From assembly GCA_963804955.1 (NCBI GenBank), contig CAWDSQ010000005.1, positions 192,001 through 256,000 of the forward strand: a stretch of 64,000 nt of DNA, read 5' to 3'. This document shows, in pieces, positions 1 to 10,560 of this stretch. The DNA comes from an uncultured delta proteobacterium (lineage in GTDB: Bacteria > Desulfobacterota > WTBG01 > CAIYCZ01 > CAIRTM01). The position numbers and the translations under genes are program-made. Position 1 is the first letter of the stretch. Each line of letters starts with the position of its first letter. Below the pieces are notes generated by a model. That model saw only the letters and a program-made list of their open reading frames with translations. It had not been told where the DNA came from and searched no databases.

Positions 1-160
1 ATGCGTTTCTGAGCTTCCGGTGTTATTTTGCGAGAGTTCACGATTTTTTAGGATAATGGATATTTGAAAATAGCTATTATTAAATATGTAGCCTGCCCCG
101 GCACTTTTTTCAAGCTGTTTTGTGCTTTTTTTGGGCGGGGATCACGCGCTGTGAACAGGC

Positions 161-1292
161 TCAGCGGTTCGTATCTTCTGCGTGAAATACAGGGAGATGA
201 ATGGTCAGGCAGGCGCCAATTATAAACGGCAGCCGCCAGTTCACCAGCCACAGCGCGCCGCCAAACAGCGGTATCACCACGGCTGAGATATGGTTTATCG
301 TAAAGCCCACAGCCGTGCTCTGTGCCAGGTCTTTCGGGTCGGCTATTTTCTGCAGATAGGTGTTCAGGCCGATGGCGAAGTTGAAGAATATGCTGTCAAG
401 CACGTACAGCGCAACCGCGACCCAGACATTTTCAATGAACGCATACCCGAGAAACAGTATCACCAGGCTTGCGCTTTCAAGACTGAGCACGACCTTTTCG
501 CCATAGGTATTGATCGCCCGTGAAATATAGGGATTGGTAAGCCAGGTCAGGGCGTAATTCACCACATAAATACCGGCGATGGTCGTCACGCTGAGCCGGT
601 ACTTTTCGACCAGCAGAAAAATAGCAAAGACGATGAAAATCTGCCGCCGCGCGCCGCTCAGAAAATTCAGGACATAATAGAGCCAGTACCTGCGCCGCAG
701 CACAAGGCTGTTCTGCACATGGGCCGGGGCTGTCATGGGCCGGATTGAGCCACAGCATATAGCCGCCCGCGCAGCAGATAAAAATCCCCAGCAGCAGAAA
801 ATTGATTTTATAGGGCAGCATAAAGGCAAGCAGCCAGATGATGCTCCCGACCGCAATATTTGCAAGTGCCCCGTAGCCGCGCAGCCGGGCAAACACAACA
901 GGGGCCTCCTGCCGGGTGAAATACTGCACGGTGAGGGATTTGTTGATGGTTTCAAAATAGTGAAACCCGATGGACATGATGGTCGTTGAGAGCAGCAGGC
1001 CCGGAAATGTGGTGAGATAGCCGGTCGCGCCGATGCCGATGCCCATGAGGATTACCGACAGCGATGCCAGCCGGTATTCGCTGACAAGCAGCACGATATA
1101 CATGACCAGAAAGGTGAGAAAGCCGGGTATTTCCCGCACGCACTGGGCAGCACCTATCTGAAAGCCGTCGACGCCGATCACCTCTTTGGCAAAGTTTGTG
1201 AACAGCGCCATCCAGCCCTGCAGCCCCGCGCTGGCGCAGACCACAAGTATAAGTAGATAGCGATACATCGGGTTATGTTTAAGCTGCTGCAT
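161..1292 (-). CDS. MFS transporter (split by frameshift between ORFs 477..1388 and 161..955)
   Basis: Hydrophobic helices run through both frames (MQQLKHNPMYRYLLILVV... and ...RRYWLYYVLNFLSGARRQIFIVFAIFLLV...), and the combined length fits a 12-TM MFS protein. Confidence 0.8.
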
Positions 1293-2261
1293 GAAATCAT
1301 TTCTGCCGTAAGTTTTGAGCGGAAAAGTCTGTAGCGGGCGCCAACCCGCAGCAGGCAAACAATACCACACTACAGACCGGCAGGGCATGATATTTTCATT
1401 GTGCCTCTACCCCACTCAGCGGGTAGAATGCGCAGAGCGCACCGAATATTATAAGAAATGATGCGCAGCGCATACCTTGCCAGCCGTGTCGCAGGTGCAT
1501 ATTTTTTTTATCCCGGGTCCGCTGCTGCGGACTGCACCTGCACTCCAGCCTATTGTCTACAGCCTGTCTGGTCCGCATCAATGACTTTGCAGCTTTCCTG
1601 CCGAAAACAAACTCCTCGACACTTTTATTGAAATTTGCAATAAGCATTTAAGCTAAGGGCTGAAAGTTCCGGACGCCGCATCACTACTGGAAGTTTCTAA
1701 AGGGTAGGGGGGCCGGCGCAGTCACCTGCGGGGTTTTGCCGGTCTGTGTAAAACTCTGATGAAATTATATAATCATGGAAAGGCTGAACCGCTCTTTTAC
1801 CAATGCCCTTTCGGGAAATATTTTTATTGACGCCTGCACTATTCAGAATAATATCGGAGGCACCTGGTACCCTGTGTATCCGGGTATATCAATGCATGCT
1901 GAAACGCACATTGAGGTAGTTGATTCAGTGATAACGGAATAGCGATGCATTAACAAACGCGCACCTTTTCATGCAGGCTGTCCGAAAGTAATCGTATGGC
2001 GCACGATTTAAAAAACTTTTTTAAATCGATCAACGAGATAAGCAGCCACGGCTTGTTATTATTTGTATCGCTGCTTGCAGCAGTGGTTTTATTCTGCCTG
2101 CTCCCGGCCCTCCTGCACCTGGCTATTATTCTTCTTGCCGTATTCTCCAAGTGATTCAGCAGTTTTAAAAGCATCTGTTTCCCGGTATGACCCCGGCTTA
2201 AAAATTTTAAGCTGCAGTTCCGCCTTCTGTCCGCTCCGCAGTTTTGAATCTTGAATCATTC

Positions 2262-2390
2262 TCCCCGAACTCCCAACTCCACCAACCATCTGATGCTCCC
2301 AACTCAATCCGAACTCCAACCCTGAACTCCAACCCGAACTCCGAACCATCTGATGCTCCCAACTCCGAACTCCCAACTCCGAACTTCACA
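2262..2390. repeat. Degenerate 6-7-mer tandem repeat (CCGAACT/CCAACT) containing two copies of AACCATCTGATGCTCCCAACTC
   Basis: Seen directly in the sequence. Confidence 0.8.
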
Positions 2391-2750
2391 TCTCCGCCCC
2401 TGACCCTTAACCAATGCTAAGCTTTTTTAATAAAATAAAAAATCCCATTGAATAAAACACAAAATAATGGTTTGATGTTCAAACATTTTAAACTTACCCT
2501 GGGGGCTTCGTGAAAAGTAAGTTTATCATCTCCACCGCTGCTGCCACTAACGTACCACTGACACCTGATCCCCGAACCCTGACACCTAAAACAAGCGCTG
2601 CGCGGCGCGTATTCGCATGCCGGTCTATTAAAGCAAAACAGTCGGGAAAAACGAAATGGGGAAGTGTCTAAGTAGCGTGGTTCTTCATTGCGCTATACAG
2701 GCAAAAAAGTGGTGGCTGTTGTCTTTAATTATTTTCCAGGAGGAGCAGGC

Positions 2751-3557
2751 ATGCTGAAAAAAATACTTTTACGGACGGTAATCGTGCTTGCAGCACCACT
2801 GCTGCTTGCCGGCTGCACGATGTATGACAAAGATGCTATCATCGACGGCATCGAATTCGTGTACTGCCCGCCGGGGTCTTTTCTCATGGGCTGCCTGCCC
2901 GGTGAAGAAGGCTGCTCCACATCGGAGCAGCCGCAGCATACGGTGACATTCTCCAGCGGGTTTTATATTTCAAAATACGAGATCACGCAGAGGCAGTGGT
3001 TGGCGGTCATGGGAACGCGGCCATCACGCAATCGCCGGTTGCTGCTGTGCGCCACCGCCGATTCTCCCGTTGACAGCGTAACCTGGCCGGAAACCCAGGA
3101 GTTTATGACCGCTCTTAACGAGGCCCGGCCCGGCAGGCAGTATCGCCTGCCGTCCGAGGCCCAATGGGAATACGCCTGCAGGGCCGGAACGACAACCCGG
3201 TATTACTGGGGCGATGATCCTGATACTGCGCTCATGCCCGACTACGCCTGGGTGCCGGAGAACAGCCTCAGAAGGACGCATCCCGTGGGGCTGCTGGAGC
3301 CCAATGCCTGGGGCATTCACGACATGGGCGGCAATGTATGGGAATGGGTGCAGGATTACTGGTACAATGGGTATAACGGCGCGCCCGCCGACGGAACCGC
3401 CTGGGAGGCGGCCCCCTCGGAATTGCGCGTGGTGCGGGGCGGCAGCTACACGAATAACCGGGGCTGCCGTTCGGCTTTTCACGGCGGCTACAACCCGGAA
3501 ATACGCAACAGGGATTACGGTTTTCGCATCGTCTATAGCGGCACGGGCGCGCCCTGA
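2751..3557 (+). CDS. Formylglycine-generating-enzyme (FGE-sulfatase, C-type-lectin fold) family lipoprotein
   Basis: Lipobox LLAGC; motifs YEITQRQW, YRLPSEAQWEYACRAGT, PNAWGIHDMGGNVWEW, RGGS...GFR; AGGAG RBS. Confidence 0.9.
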   Translation: MLKKILLRTVIVLAAPLLLAGCTMYDKDAIIDGIEFVYCPPGSFLMGCLPGEEGCSTSEQPQHTVTFSSGFYISKYEITQRQWLAVMGTRPSRNRRLLLCATADSPVDSVTWPETQEFMTALNEARPGRQYRLPSEAQWEYACRAGTTTRYYWGDDPDTALMPDYAWVPENSLRRTHPVGLLEPNAWGIHDMGGNVWEWVQDYWYNGYNGAPADGTAWEAAPSELRVVRGGSYTNNRGCRSAFHGGYNPEIRNRDYGFRIVYSGTGAP

Positions 3558-3574
3558 AAAACCGGCAGCCGGAA

Positions 3575-3645
3575 GAAGGGTGGGTAAAACCCACCATCAA
3601 TGATTGAAATAACAGATGGGTTCCGCGACGCTGCACCCGCTACAG
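3575..3645. repeat. REPIN-like element, family A copy 1 (other copies at 5358-5430 and 9315-9390)
   Basis: GGTGGGTAAAACCCACC hairpin followed by CCATCAATGATTGAAA and CGCTGCAC, shared with the other copies. Confidence 0.65.
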
Positions 3646-3716
3646 ACTTATTTAAAAAACAACCGGGGCAAACGGAACAGTGAAGTGTCCCTGATTTTCG
3701 AAAGAGAAGGATACGC

Positions 3717-4000
3717 ATGCTGAAACTTGTGCCGGAAAATAAGCTGCTGCGCTTCGCGCTGGGCCTGTTCACGCTGCTGGTGCTGCCGGGCTGCGCGACC
3801 AGCCAATGGTGAGAATACAATCCGGCGCCAAACCGCCGGCAGATGCCTTCGTTGCGGTGAATTACAGTGATCACTGGTTCTGGATCGATAACAGCGACTA
3901 CCATTCCAAGGCTGTTTTCAGCTTTCTGATGCTGCTGACCTCGCTGGCCCAGACCGGCGTGGCGCCGCAAACACCCGTAATTACCGTTCCGGCTTCCTGA
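3717..4000 (+). pseudogene. Lipoprotein remnant: signal peptide joined out of frame to a C-terminal fragment
   Basis: MLKLVPENKLLRFALGLFTLLVLPGC (3717-3812) overlaps ORF 3806..4000 (ADAFVAVNYSDHWFWID...PVITVPAS). Confidence 0.55.
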
Positions 4001-4077
4001 AAAAAAACAGGCGGGTGAATTTGCGTGCGATAATTCCTTAAAACCTGTTGATTTGTAACAATTTTTTGGTTACATAT

Positions 4078-4344
4078 ATGGTATATGAAATTCTGGTCAG
4101 CAAAAAGGTTTTAAAGAATATTGAAAAAATGCCGGCGCCCGTTCAAAAGAAGCTGGTAAACCTTATTGACGACCTTCGTGACAGAGGGCCTCTGCGCAGT
4201 GAGTGGCCGAATTACAGCAAACTTGGAGCAGACAGCTATCATTGCCATCTTGCCCATAAGTGGGTTGCATGCTGGCAGTGGAGGAAACAGTCAATCATTA
4301 TAGAGGTGTATTATGCAGGCAGTCGTGAAAACGCCCCATATTGA
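4078..4344 (+). CDS. RelE/HigB-like toxin of a type II toxin-antitoxin pair
   Basis: 88 aa basic protein (YHCHL...WVACW...EVYYAGSRENAPY) that overlaps a downstream HTH gene, in toxin-first order. Confidence 0.75.
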   Translation: MVYEILVSKKVLKNIEKMPAPVQKKLVNLIDDLRDRGPLRSEWPNYSKLGADSYHCHLAHKWVACWQWRKQSIIIEVYYAGSRENAPY

Positions 4345-4681
4345 CATTACGATACGCGGCAATATTCCGGAAAAACTTCTTTTGGCGCTGAAAAAAGAAT
4401 ATGGCCGGAAAGTCCGTATTGTTGATGACTCCGAGAATACCCTGCTGCGAGCTGTTGATACCGACTGGTATAAAAAAACAAAGGCCTCGATTCAGCCCGG
4501 TGACAATATGAAGCTCTACCGGGACCTGCATAAAATGACACAGGCTGAACTCGGCGAAAAACTCGGCGGCCTTCCCCGGCAGCATATTTCAAACATGGAA
4601 CGAGGCATGCGGGCCATCAGCCTTGCTACGGCAAAAAAACTGTCCGCTTTGTTTAAAGTCTCTGTTGAGCGGTTCATTTGA
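4313..4681 (+). CDS. XRE-family HTH antitoxin (HigA-like)
   Basis: C-terminal HTH MTQAELGEKLGG...HISNMERGMRAIS. Confidence 0.8.
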   Translation: MQAVVKTPHIDITIRGNIPEKLLLALKKEYGRKVRIVDDSENTLLRAVDTDWYKKTKASIQPGDNMKLYRDLHKMTQAELGEKLGGLPRQHISNMERGMRAISLATAKKLSALFKVSVERFI

Positions 4682-4746
4682 GGCCCAGTTAACGCAATAC
4701 CTGCAGCGTGTGTGCACCGCACACCATGGTGACGGAATAACCAATT

Positions 4747-5256
4747 ATGCAACTCATTTGTTGTACTAAAAAGCTGCAAAAAGAAATGGGCATCACCAAA
4801 TCCGCGCTCGCGGCAGCCTGGCCCTTGCATACCCGCCTCGGCCCATGGCACGCAAATCTTATTTTTATTGATCGGCGCAAATGCGCTCTGTTTACCAATG
4901 ATAAAACCCTTTTCAATTTCATCGCAGCTGATGTCTCTCGTGCTCAGATACGAAATCTTTCCGAATTGTTCAGGGGTTTTCTAACATGCGTGCTGGCTGA
5001 TGAGGGTTTCCCCCGGCCGGTCATAGAAGCCGTTATGGCCGAGCATGCTGATATCGCGTATGCCAATACCACTAGCAAAAGCGTGCTCGGCTCCATGAAT
5101 GATATAGCCAAAATGTATCACTATCATATTCTGTCCGAAGGCGGGGTACACAGCCCGGCGGTTCCGGCTATCATACGCCAGCTAAACCGAATGCCCTTGA
5201 GCGCTATCGGCTATGGCTACGCAATAGAGAAATTGAGAGCGCTGCTTTACAATTGA
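4747..5256 (+). CDS. DUF6933-like hypothetical protein
   Basis: CTKKL...LGPWHANL...RRKC...SKSVLGSMND pattern. Confidence 0.65.
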   Translation: MQLICCTKKLQKEMGITKSALAAAWPLHTRLGPWHANLIFIDRRKCALFTNDKTLFNFIAADVSRAQIRNLSELFRGFLTCVLADEGFPRPVIEAVMAEHADIAYANTTSKSVLGSMNDIAKMYHYHILSEGGVHSPAVPAIIRQLNRMPLSAIGYGYAIEKLRALLYN

Positions 5257-5577
5257 GCTGGCAGAGTGCTTGATGGGCAGGTTAGGGGACGTTGTTTACT
5301 TTGTTGAATTGCTTGCATGCGGGAGAGGAAAAGGGGAAAGCGCCCTTTAGTAAGAAGGCGGGGTTGGGGATACTACCATCAATGATTGAAAAAAAATCGG
5401 TTGGTTACGCTACGCTGCACTACCCTGCAGACTAGCCCTTTACGTGCCCATCCCGGCAGTCGTTCAAATTTTATTGACACCCGTTACCTCCTGGCGCATA
5501 CAATACAGAGAATGCCCCCCTCAAAGAGAAGACCGGCGCGCGCGTCGAACCAGGTAAACCAATCCGGAGGTGAAAAA

Positions 5578-6165
5578 ATGAAAGTATTGGGTTTTATGGC
5601 AAGTCCGAGAAAGGGCGGAAACTCAGACATGCTGCTTGAACGCTTTCTGGAAGGCGCGAGCTCTTCGGGTGCTGCAACGGAAAAGATCAGCCTCTATGAT
5701 TGCACCATTGAATACTGCCAGGGCTGCCACCTCAAATGCTGGGTTAACGATGACTGCTGCCCCCGGTGGCAGGATGACATGGACATGCTCCATGACAAGA
5801 TGGGCGCAAGCGATCTTCTCGTTTTTTCCTCGCCGGTGTATATGGGCGCGCCCCCGGCAAAGCTCATGGCGTTTTTTGAGCGGAGCATTGACCAGAAGAA
5901 AGTCAATCTTGAAACGCTGAAAGTGGAAAACAACAAGCTCCTCGGCAAAAAAGCGGTAGTGCTGCAGGTTAATTTTTTCAATGATACGGCGTACCAGAAG
6001 CTGCCCATGCTGGTGTATGCAAGGATACTCTCCGAAGTGTTCAAAATGAACATCGTCGGCAGCCTGGGCGTAGCGGATGTGAGAGAGCCCGGGGATATTG
6101 CTCGAAAGAAAGACTCCCTGCAGGAGGCCTATAACCTTGGCGCACAACTGTGCGCCCTGTCGTAA
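5578..6165 (+). CDS. Flavodoxin-like NAD(P)H:FMN reductase / iron-sulfur flavoprotein family
   Basis: SPRKGGNS, CQGCxxxC...C and SPVY motifs; GGAGG RBS. Confidence 0.88.
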   Translation: MKVLGFMASPRKGGNSDMLLERFLEGASSSGAATEKISLYDCTIEYCQGCHLKCWVNDDCCPRWQDDMDMLHDKMGASDLLVFSSPVYMGAPPAKLMAFFERSIDQKKVNLETLKVENNKLLGKKAVVLQVNFFNDTAYQKLPMLVYARILSEVFKMNIVGSLGVADVREPGDIARKKDSLQEAYNLGAQLCALS

Positions 6166-6303
6166 TTGGCTGTATAATTATAAATTATAAGTAAAGGTTG
6201 CTTATTGACTCTTCTAAAATGCTTCAACCGGACTGCAAACTCCTGCTTTACTACTCTAAAGCACAGCCAGAATCAAAAACCCAACCGGCAAAAGGAAAAG
6301 CTC

Positions 6304-7320
6304 ATGAATACAGTTCTGATTAAAGTACCGCCCCTGGCTCTCATCCTCTTAACCGCTTTCGGCCTGTATTCCTGCGGCATGAAAGACAACAACCACTTTG
6401 ACGGCACCTGCACCGAGTTCAGCATGGATGGAAGCGGAGAGGATATACAGATCGACCGGGACCGGGGGCTGGCCTATATCTCTCTGTATGACAGGCAGGG
6501 CCTTGCAAACGATATACCTGTGCCGCCCGGTGACATCCTGGCGCTTGACCTGACAAAAACCCCTTTGGCAGGCACATCTGCACTTCTTGACGGGCCTGAA
6601 CTGCGGCCCCACGGCATAAGCCTGTTCATTGACCAGATCGGACAGCGTCATCTGTTTGTCATCAACCATCCGGAGGACCGCTCAACCGGTGCTGAAAAAA
6701 TTGAGCGCTACCGTGAAGAAACCCCCGGTGCATTCCGTCACGTCGAAACTTTTACAAGCCCCCTGATTACCCGTGCCAATGACCTGGTCGCTGTAGGCGA
6801 CCGCCAGTTTTATGTAGCCCAGGATGTTGACCGCTCAAGCGACGAAACACTGACCAGCCTTGTTTATTTTGACGGGGAAGACTACGCTGTGGCTGCAGAC
6901 GACATCCAGTCCGGCGGCGGCATCAATACGTCTGCTGACTACACGACCCTGTATATCTCCGAAACCAATGGAAAAACTATACGGGTTGTGTCCCGCGATG
7001 TATCTGATGGAAGCATTACTACTCTGCAGAATATAAACCTGGGCACCTCTCCTGACAATATCGATGTTGCCTCAGACGGTTCACTCTGGGTCGGCGCACA
7101 CTCCAAGGTTCTGGCACTGGTACTGCATTTCATCACCGGCAGCAAGTCTCCAACGCAGATACTGCGAATTGACCTCAGCGAATCAGAACCGCAGATTACA
7201 GAAATTTACCTGAATGACGGTGAAGAAATATCTGCCGGCAGCTGCGGCGCCACATACGGCAACACACTTCTGATCGGGTCCATCACTGCTAAAAAGCTGC
7301 TTATCTGTGAAATGGACTAG
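6304..7320 (+). CDS. Arylesterase/paraoxonase-like (SMP-30) beta-propeller lipoprotein
   Basis: Lipobox LYSC; GEDI, PHGI, NDLV and PDNI motifs. Confidence 0.85.
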   Translation: MNTVLIKVPPLALILLTAFGLYSCGMKDNNHFDGTCTEFSMDGSGEDIQIDRDRGLAYISLYDRQGLANDIPVPPGDILALDLTKTPLAGTSALLDGPELRPHGISLFIDQIGQRHLFVINHPEDRSTGAEKIERYREETPGAFRHVETFTSPLITRANDLVAVGDRQFYVAQDVDRSSDETLTSLVYFDGEDYAVAADDIQSGGGINTSADYTTLYISETNGKTIRVVSRDVSDGSITTLQNINLGTSPDNIDVASDGSLWVGAHSKVLALVLHFITGSKSPTQILRIDLSESEPQITEIYLNDGEEISAGSCGATYGNTLLIGSITAKKLLICEMD

Positions 7321-7323
7321 CCC

Positions 7324-7440
7324 GCAGGTCGGGGTGAGGAACGAAACCCGACATCTTCATGCGGGAGCCATTGCGATTGAGCCCGGGGGCTGGTTTGATA
7401 GCTTTGATGTGTCGGGTTCGCTGCACTCAACCCAACCTGC
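7324..7440. repeat. REPIN-like inverted pair
   Basis: GCAGGTCGGGGTGAG..AACCCGACA and TGTCGGGTT..CTCAACCCAACCTGC are complementary. Confidence 0.7.
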
Positions 7441-7705
7441 GAACTAACCATTTTTCCGCATGGTACATTTATCCATCTGATGCCAACAGACATTTAATTT
7501 AAATAACCGGCGTTTGTTATTCTTTCTTCAAATGTCAAAGTTACCCCTCCTGCGAAAGCGTGAGAACAAAAAAACACCCTTTCCTTTACGATACTCCATT
7601 TAAGTGTTATTGAAATAACTGTAAGAACCGGAAACAGAGACCCAACGGGCACTGTATGTGTGCACCTGATGATTGTAAACACTTCATATGAAAAAGGGGA
7701 GAAGC

Positions 7706-8920
7706 ATGAAAAGAAACGCAGTATTGTTTTTGGTTGTTGTGGCAGTGATGTGCTTTACACGGCCCGCCGGGGCCGCCTTTACCAACCTCCTGCAGGACCC
7801 CGGTTTTGAAGCAAATACGCCCAATCCCTATTGGGATGAAGCCTCGACAAACTTCGGGACACCATTGTGCACGGGCGGGGCTTGCGGCACTGGCGCTGGA
7901 ACCGCAGGGCCGCGAACGGGTGCGGTCTGGGCCTGGTTCGGCGGCACAGCATCCTATGAGGCCGGGTCGCTGTCGCAAACCGTCACTATCCCCACCGGCG
8001 CTGCCAAGCTCGAATTTTATTTATGGTTCGGTTTAGCTGAACCAGGCAGCGATGCAACAGACCTGTTCAATGCCGAAATCGACAATGCCACCCTGTTTAC
8101 CACGAATGCGACTGAAATAGCCCTGTACCCGTCGTATACGCTGGTGAGCCTTGATGTCAGCGCTTATGCCGATAATGCTTCGCATACGGTGGTGTTTTCA
8201 TCGATAACCAGTGGCGAGACTGTAAATATCAACCTGGACGATGTGGCCCTGCTCAGTGAACCACCGGTTACTTTGAATATTGTAAAGTCCGGCGCCGGAG
8301 CCGGCACGGTTGCCAGCGCCGACGGCAAAATCAACTGCGGCAGCGACTGCACCGAAGAATATATACAAGGCACGGAGGTGAAGCTTACCGCAGCGGCTGC
8401 TCCCGGCTCAATCTTTACCGGCTGGAGCGGCGAGGGATGTTCGGGGCTGGATAACTGCACGCTGACTATGACTGATAATATGACCGACAATGGTACCGTG
8501 ACGGCGAATTTCGATGTGGCTGCAACGACAACAACCACGACTGCCTCGGCCTGTATTGACAATGACGGCGACGGTTATGGCGAGGGCTGCACCGCAGGCG
8601 ACGACTGCGACGATGACGATGCCTTTTATAGTGAAGTCTGCCCGGACTGCGAGGTGAAAATCATACCCAGGGCCCTGGGCTGGTTTCTGGGTGAAAAAGA
8701 AAAAACCCGGCGCCTGCTCGTCATCGGCAAGAGGAGTACGGAGTTTGACGACACAACGCCGGTTCGGTGGGAGTCCGGTGATATAACCGTGTTGAGCCAA
8801 CGCGTATTGTTTAAGCGGTTCATGTTTATGAAGGTGAGTGTTGACGGCGCAGCACTTGATAAGGGAGCGTACCGGGCACTGATAGGAACATGCTCGGCAA
8901 CACTGAACCTGGTGAGGTGA
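7706..8920 (+). CDS. Secreted multidomain protein (beta-sandwich, InlB-B/Flg_new-like repeat, Thr linker, DxDGDG Ca-binding motif)
   Basis: Signal peptide; GSIFTGWSGEGCSG; TTTTTT; CIDNDGDGYG. Confidence 0.8.
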   Translation: MKRNAVLFLVVVAVMCFTRPAGAAFTNLLQDPGFEANTPNPYWDEASTNFGTPLCTGGACGTGAGTAGPRTGAVWAWFGGTASYEAGSLSQTVTIPTGAAKLEFYLWFGLAEPGSDATDLFNAEIDNATLFTTNATEIALYPSYTLVSLDVSAYADNASHTVVFSSITSGETVNINLDDVALLSEPPVTLNIVKSGAGAGTVASADGKINCGSDCTEEYIQGTEVKLTAAAAPGSIFTGWSGEGCSGLDNCTLTMTDNMTDNGTVTANFDVAATTTTTTASACIDNDGDGYGEGCTAGDDCDDDDAFYSEVCPDCEVKIIPRALGWFLGEKEKTRRLLVIGKRSTEFDDTTPVRWESGDITVLSQRVLFKRFMFMKVSVDGAALDKGAYRALIGTCSATLNLVR

Positions 8921-9443
8921 TCCCTTAAAAACGGCACAACTGGTAACAAGAAAGAGGGGTCAGACGGCTGCCCCCTCTTCATTAAAAAGGGGACAACAGC
9001 GCCCTTTAGGGAAAGCGAATAATCGGCCAGCAGGTGCAGGTTTGCATCCCGCTCTTCGATAAGCCCGCCGATGCGCCGGGGGAACACCAGCACCGAGCAC
9101 TCGGTACAGTTGTCATGCCCAGAAGTCCGCAGGGTGCGCCGTGCGCACCAATGACGGCTGTGGCGTGGATTATTGTGTTGCTATGTCAACGGTACACAAA
9201 ATCCGGTTGCCGGGGTGATTGTGTATTTTGATTGAGATTATTGGTGCTCACTGCGCACACTGCGGACTAAAACATAAAACCTGCCGCCTATCTCTTCATC
9301 ATCGGCGCAAGCTGGCAGGGTGGGTGCAACCCGCCATTAATGAATACATCAAATGAACCGGTGGTTTCGCTGCGCTGCACCCACAATACGGCTGTCAAAC
9401 TCTGCGAGCCCCCCGGCAGAGCCGGGGGGCTCGCTTTGATTAA

Positions 9444-9950
9444 TTACTCGTCCCGATCAACCAGAAACTCTCCGGCCCCTCCAAAATTGCCTATAAATGC
9501 AAAACCGATGGCAAAGCCCCATTTGCCCGAATACGAGACCATTACTTTATTTTCGCTCACACCCGGGCCGTCGAGAAGAAGAATAGCGCAGGTGCCCGGG
9601 CCGCAGCCGCCGGATGCAAGCGTCAGCTTGCCTTGAGCATCCATGAGCCCCGAGACAAGCACCTCCGAAGCCGCAGGAGCCGGAATTCCTGAAGGCCAGC
9701 CTGATGTTTCGGTCAGGCACTGGTAATCAACCTGCACGGTGCCCCTGACTGTCATGTTATCGGAAGGATACTGCGTAAGTGTCATGGTCAGCGGGCACTC
9801 GATAGTCTCTTTCGTCACATTGTCCAGAAATGACCATTGACCGGTGTAGGAGCCTGTGGCATCGTATGGAGCCGTGCATGAAGAACACAAGCCCGATGCA
9901 ATGAGTGCGAGCAGCGTGAGGCAGCATAGATAAGAAGATTTACTTTTCAT
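9444..9950 (-). CDS. Hypothetical lipoprotein
   Basis: Signal peptide with LCSSC; AGGG RBS. Confidence 0.75.
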   Translation of the reverse strand: MKSKSSYLCCLTLLALIASGLCSSCTAPYDATGSYTGQWSFLDNVTKETIECPLTMTLTQYPSDNMTVRGTVQVDYQCLTETSGWPSGIPAPAASEVLVSGLMDAQGKLTLASGGCGPGTCAILLLDGPGVSENKVMVSYSGKWGFAIGFAFIGNFGGAGEFLVDRDE

Positions 9951-10425
9951 ACATATCCCCTTTCCTGGTTGAAAATATTTAATCACTGCTGCTTAAAACA
10001 ATCTGAATGAAACTGTTTTAAACAGCCGGTTGCACTACGTTGTTGTGATGGATCTATATGCTAAAGAACATATAAAATCCGGAATCGTTTCTGTTTTTTG
10101 TGTGGCACGCACAACAGCCAGTAATTATTTTACAATTAAAACAGCCCGCATCCCTGCAAACCGTACCAGCTCTGCTAGCACTACGACTAGAGAACCCTTT
10201 TTGCCTCTCATGACTCCTTTTCGTGGTTCTTTTTATCGGTTTTTTAAAATAATGTACTGTTTCAAAAAAAGCGCATGCTCTGATGCAGAGCAGTCCGCGG
10301 CTCTCCGCATGCAGCCATACTCGCTTATACAATTACATTATTGAGCGAATTACTTTGATTGAAAGTACGCCCTGCCCGCCGGTATAGTCACCCCTGCCGG
10401 ACAGGCAAAACTGAGTTAATTAAAG

Positions 10426-10443
10426 ATGCAATACATGTGCCTA
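10426..10443 (-). promoter_or_regulatory. Sigma54 (-24/-12) promoter
   Basis: Minus strand reads TAGGCACATGTATTGCAT, which is GG-N10-GC. Confidence 0.6.
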
Positions 10444-10560
10444 AAAAAGGTGACCTGCGGTCGAAAAAAAATAGGGGCTTATAAAATAAAGATAATACAA
10501 ATGGTTGAAAAATAATAAAAACATATGCCGATGGTGAGGCCTCCCGGGCCAAAAAAACAA

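Noticed and set aside
1650..1742. Possible c-di-GMP-I riboswitch (GAAA...GGACGC...GCGGGGTTTTGCC)
   Set aside because: It lacks the GGCAAAC and GCAAA core, the stems are weak, and there is no clear downstream gene. Infernal would be needed to decide.
2089..2389. Minus-strand ORFs with repetitive sequence
   Set aside because: They are translations of the heptamer repeat tract.
2262..2390. CRISPR-like array
   Set aside because: There is no constant 23-47 bp repeat with unique spacers, and no cas genes in the window.
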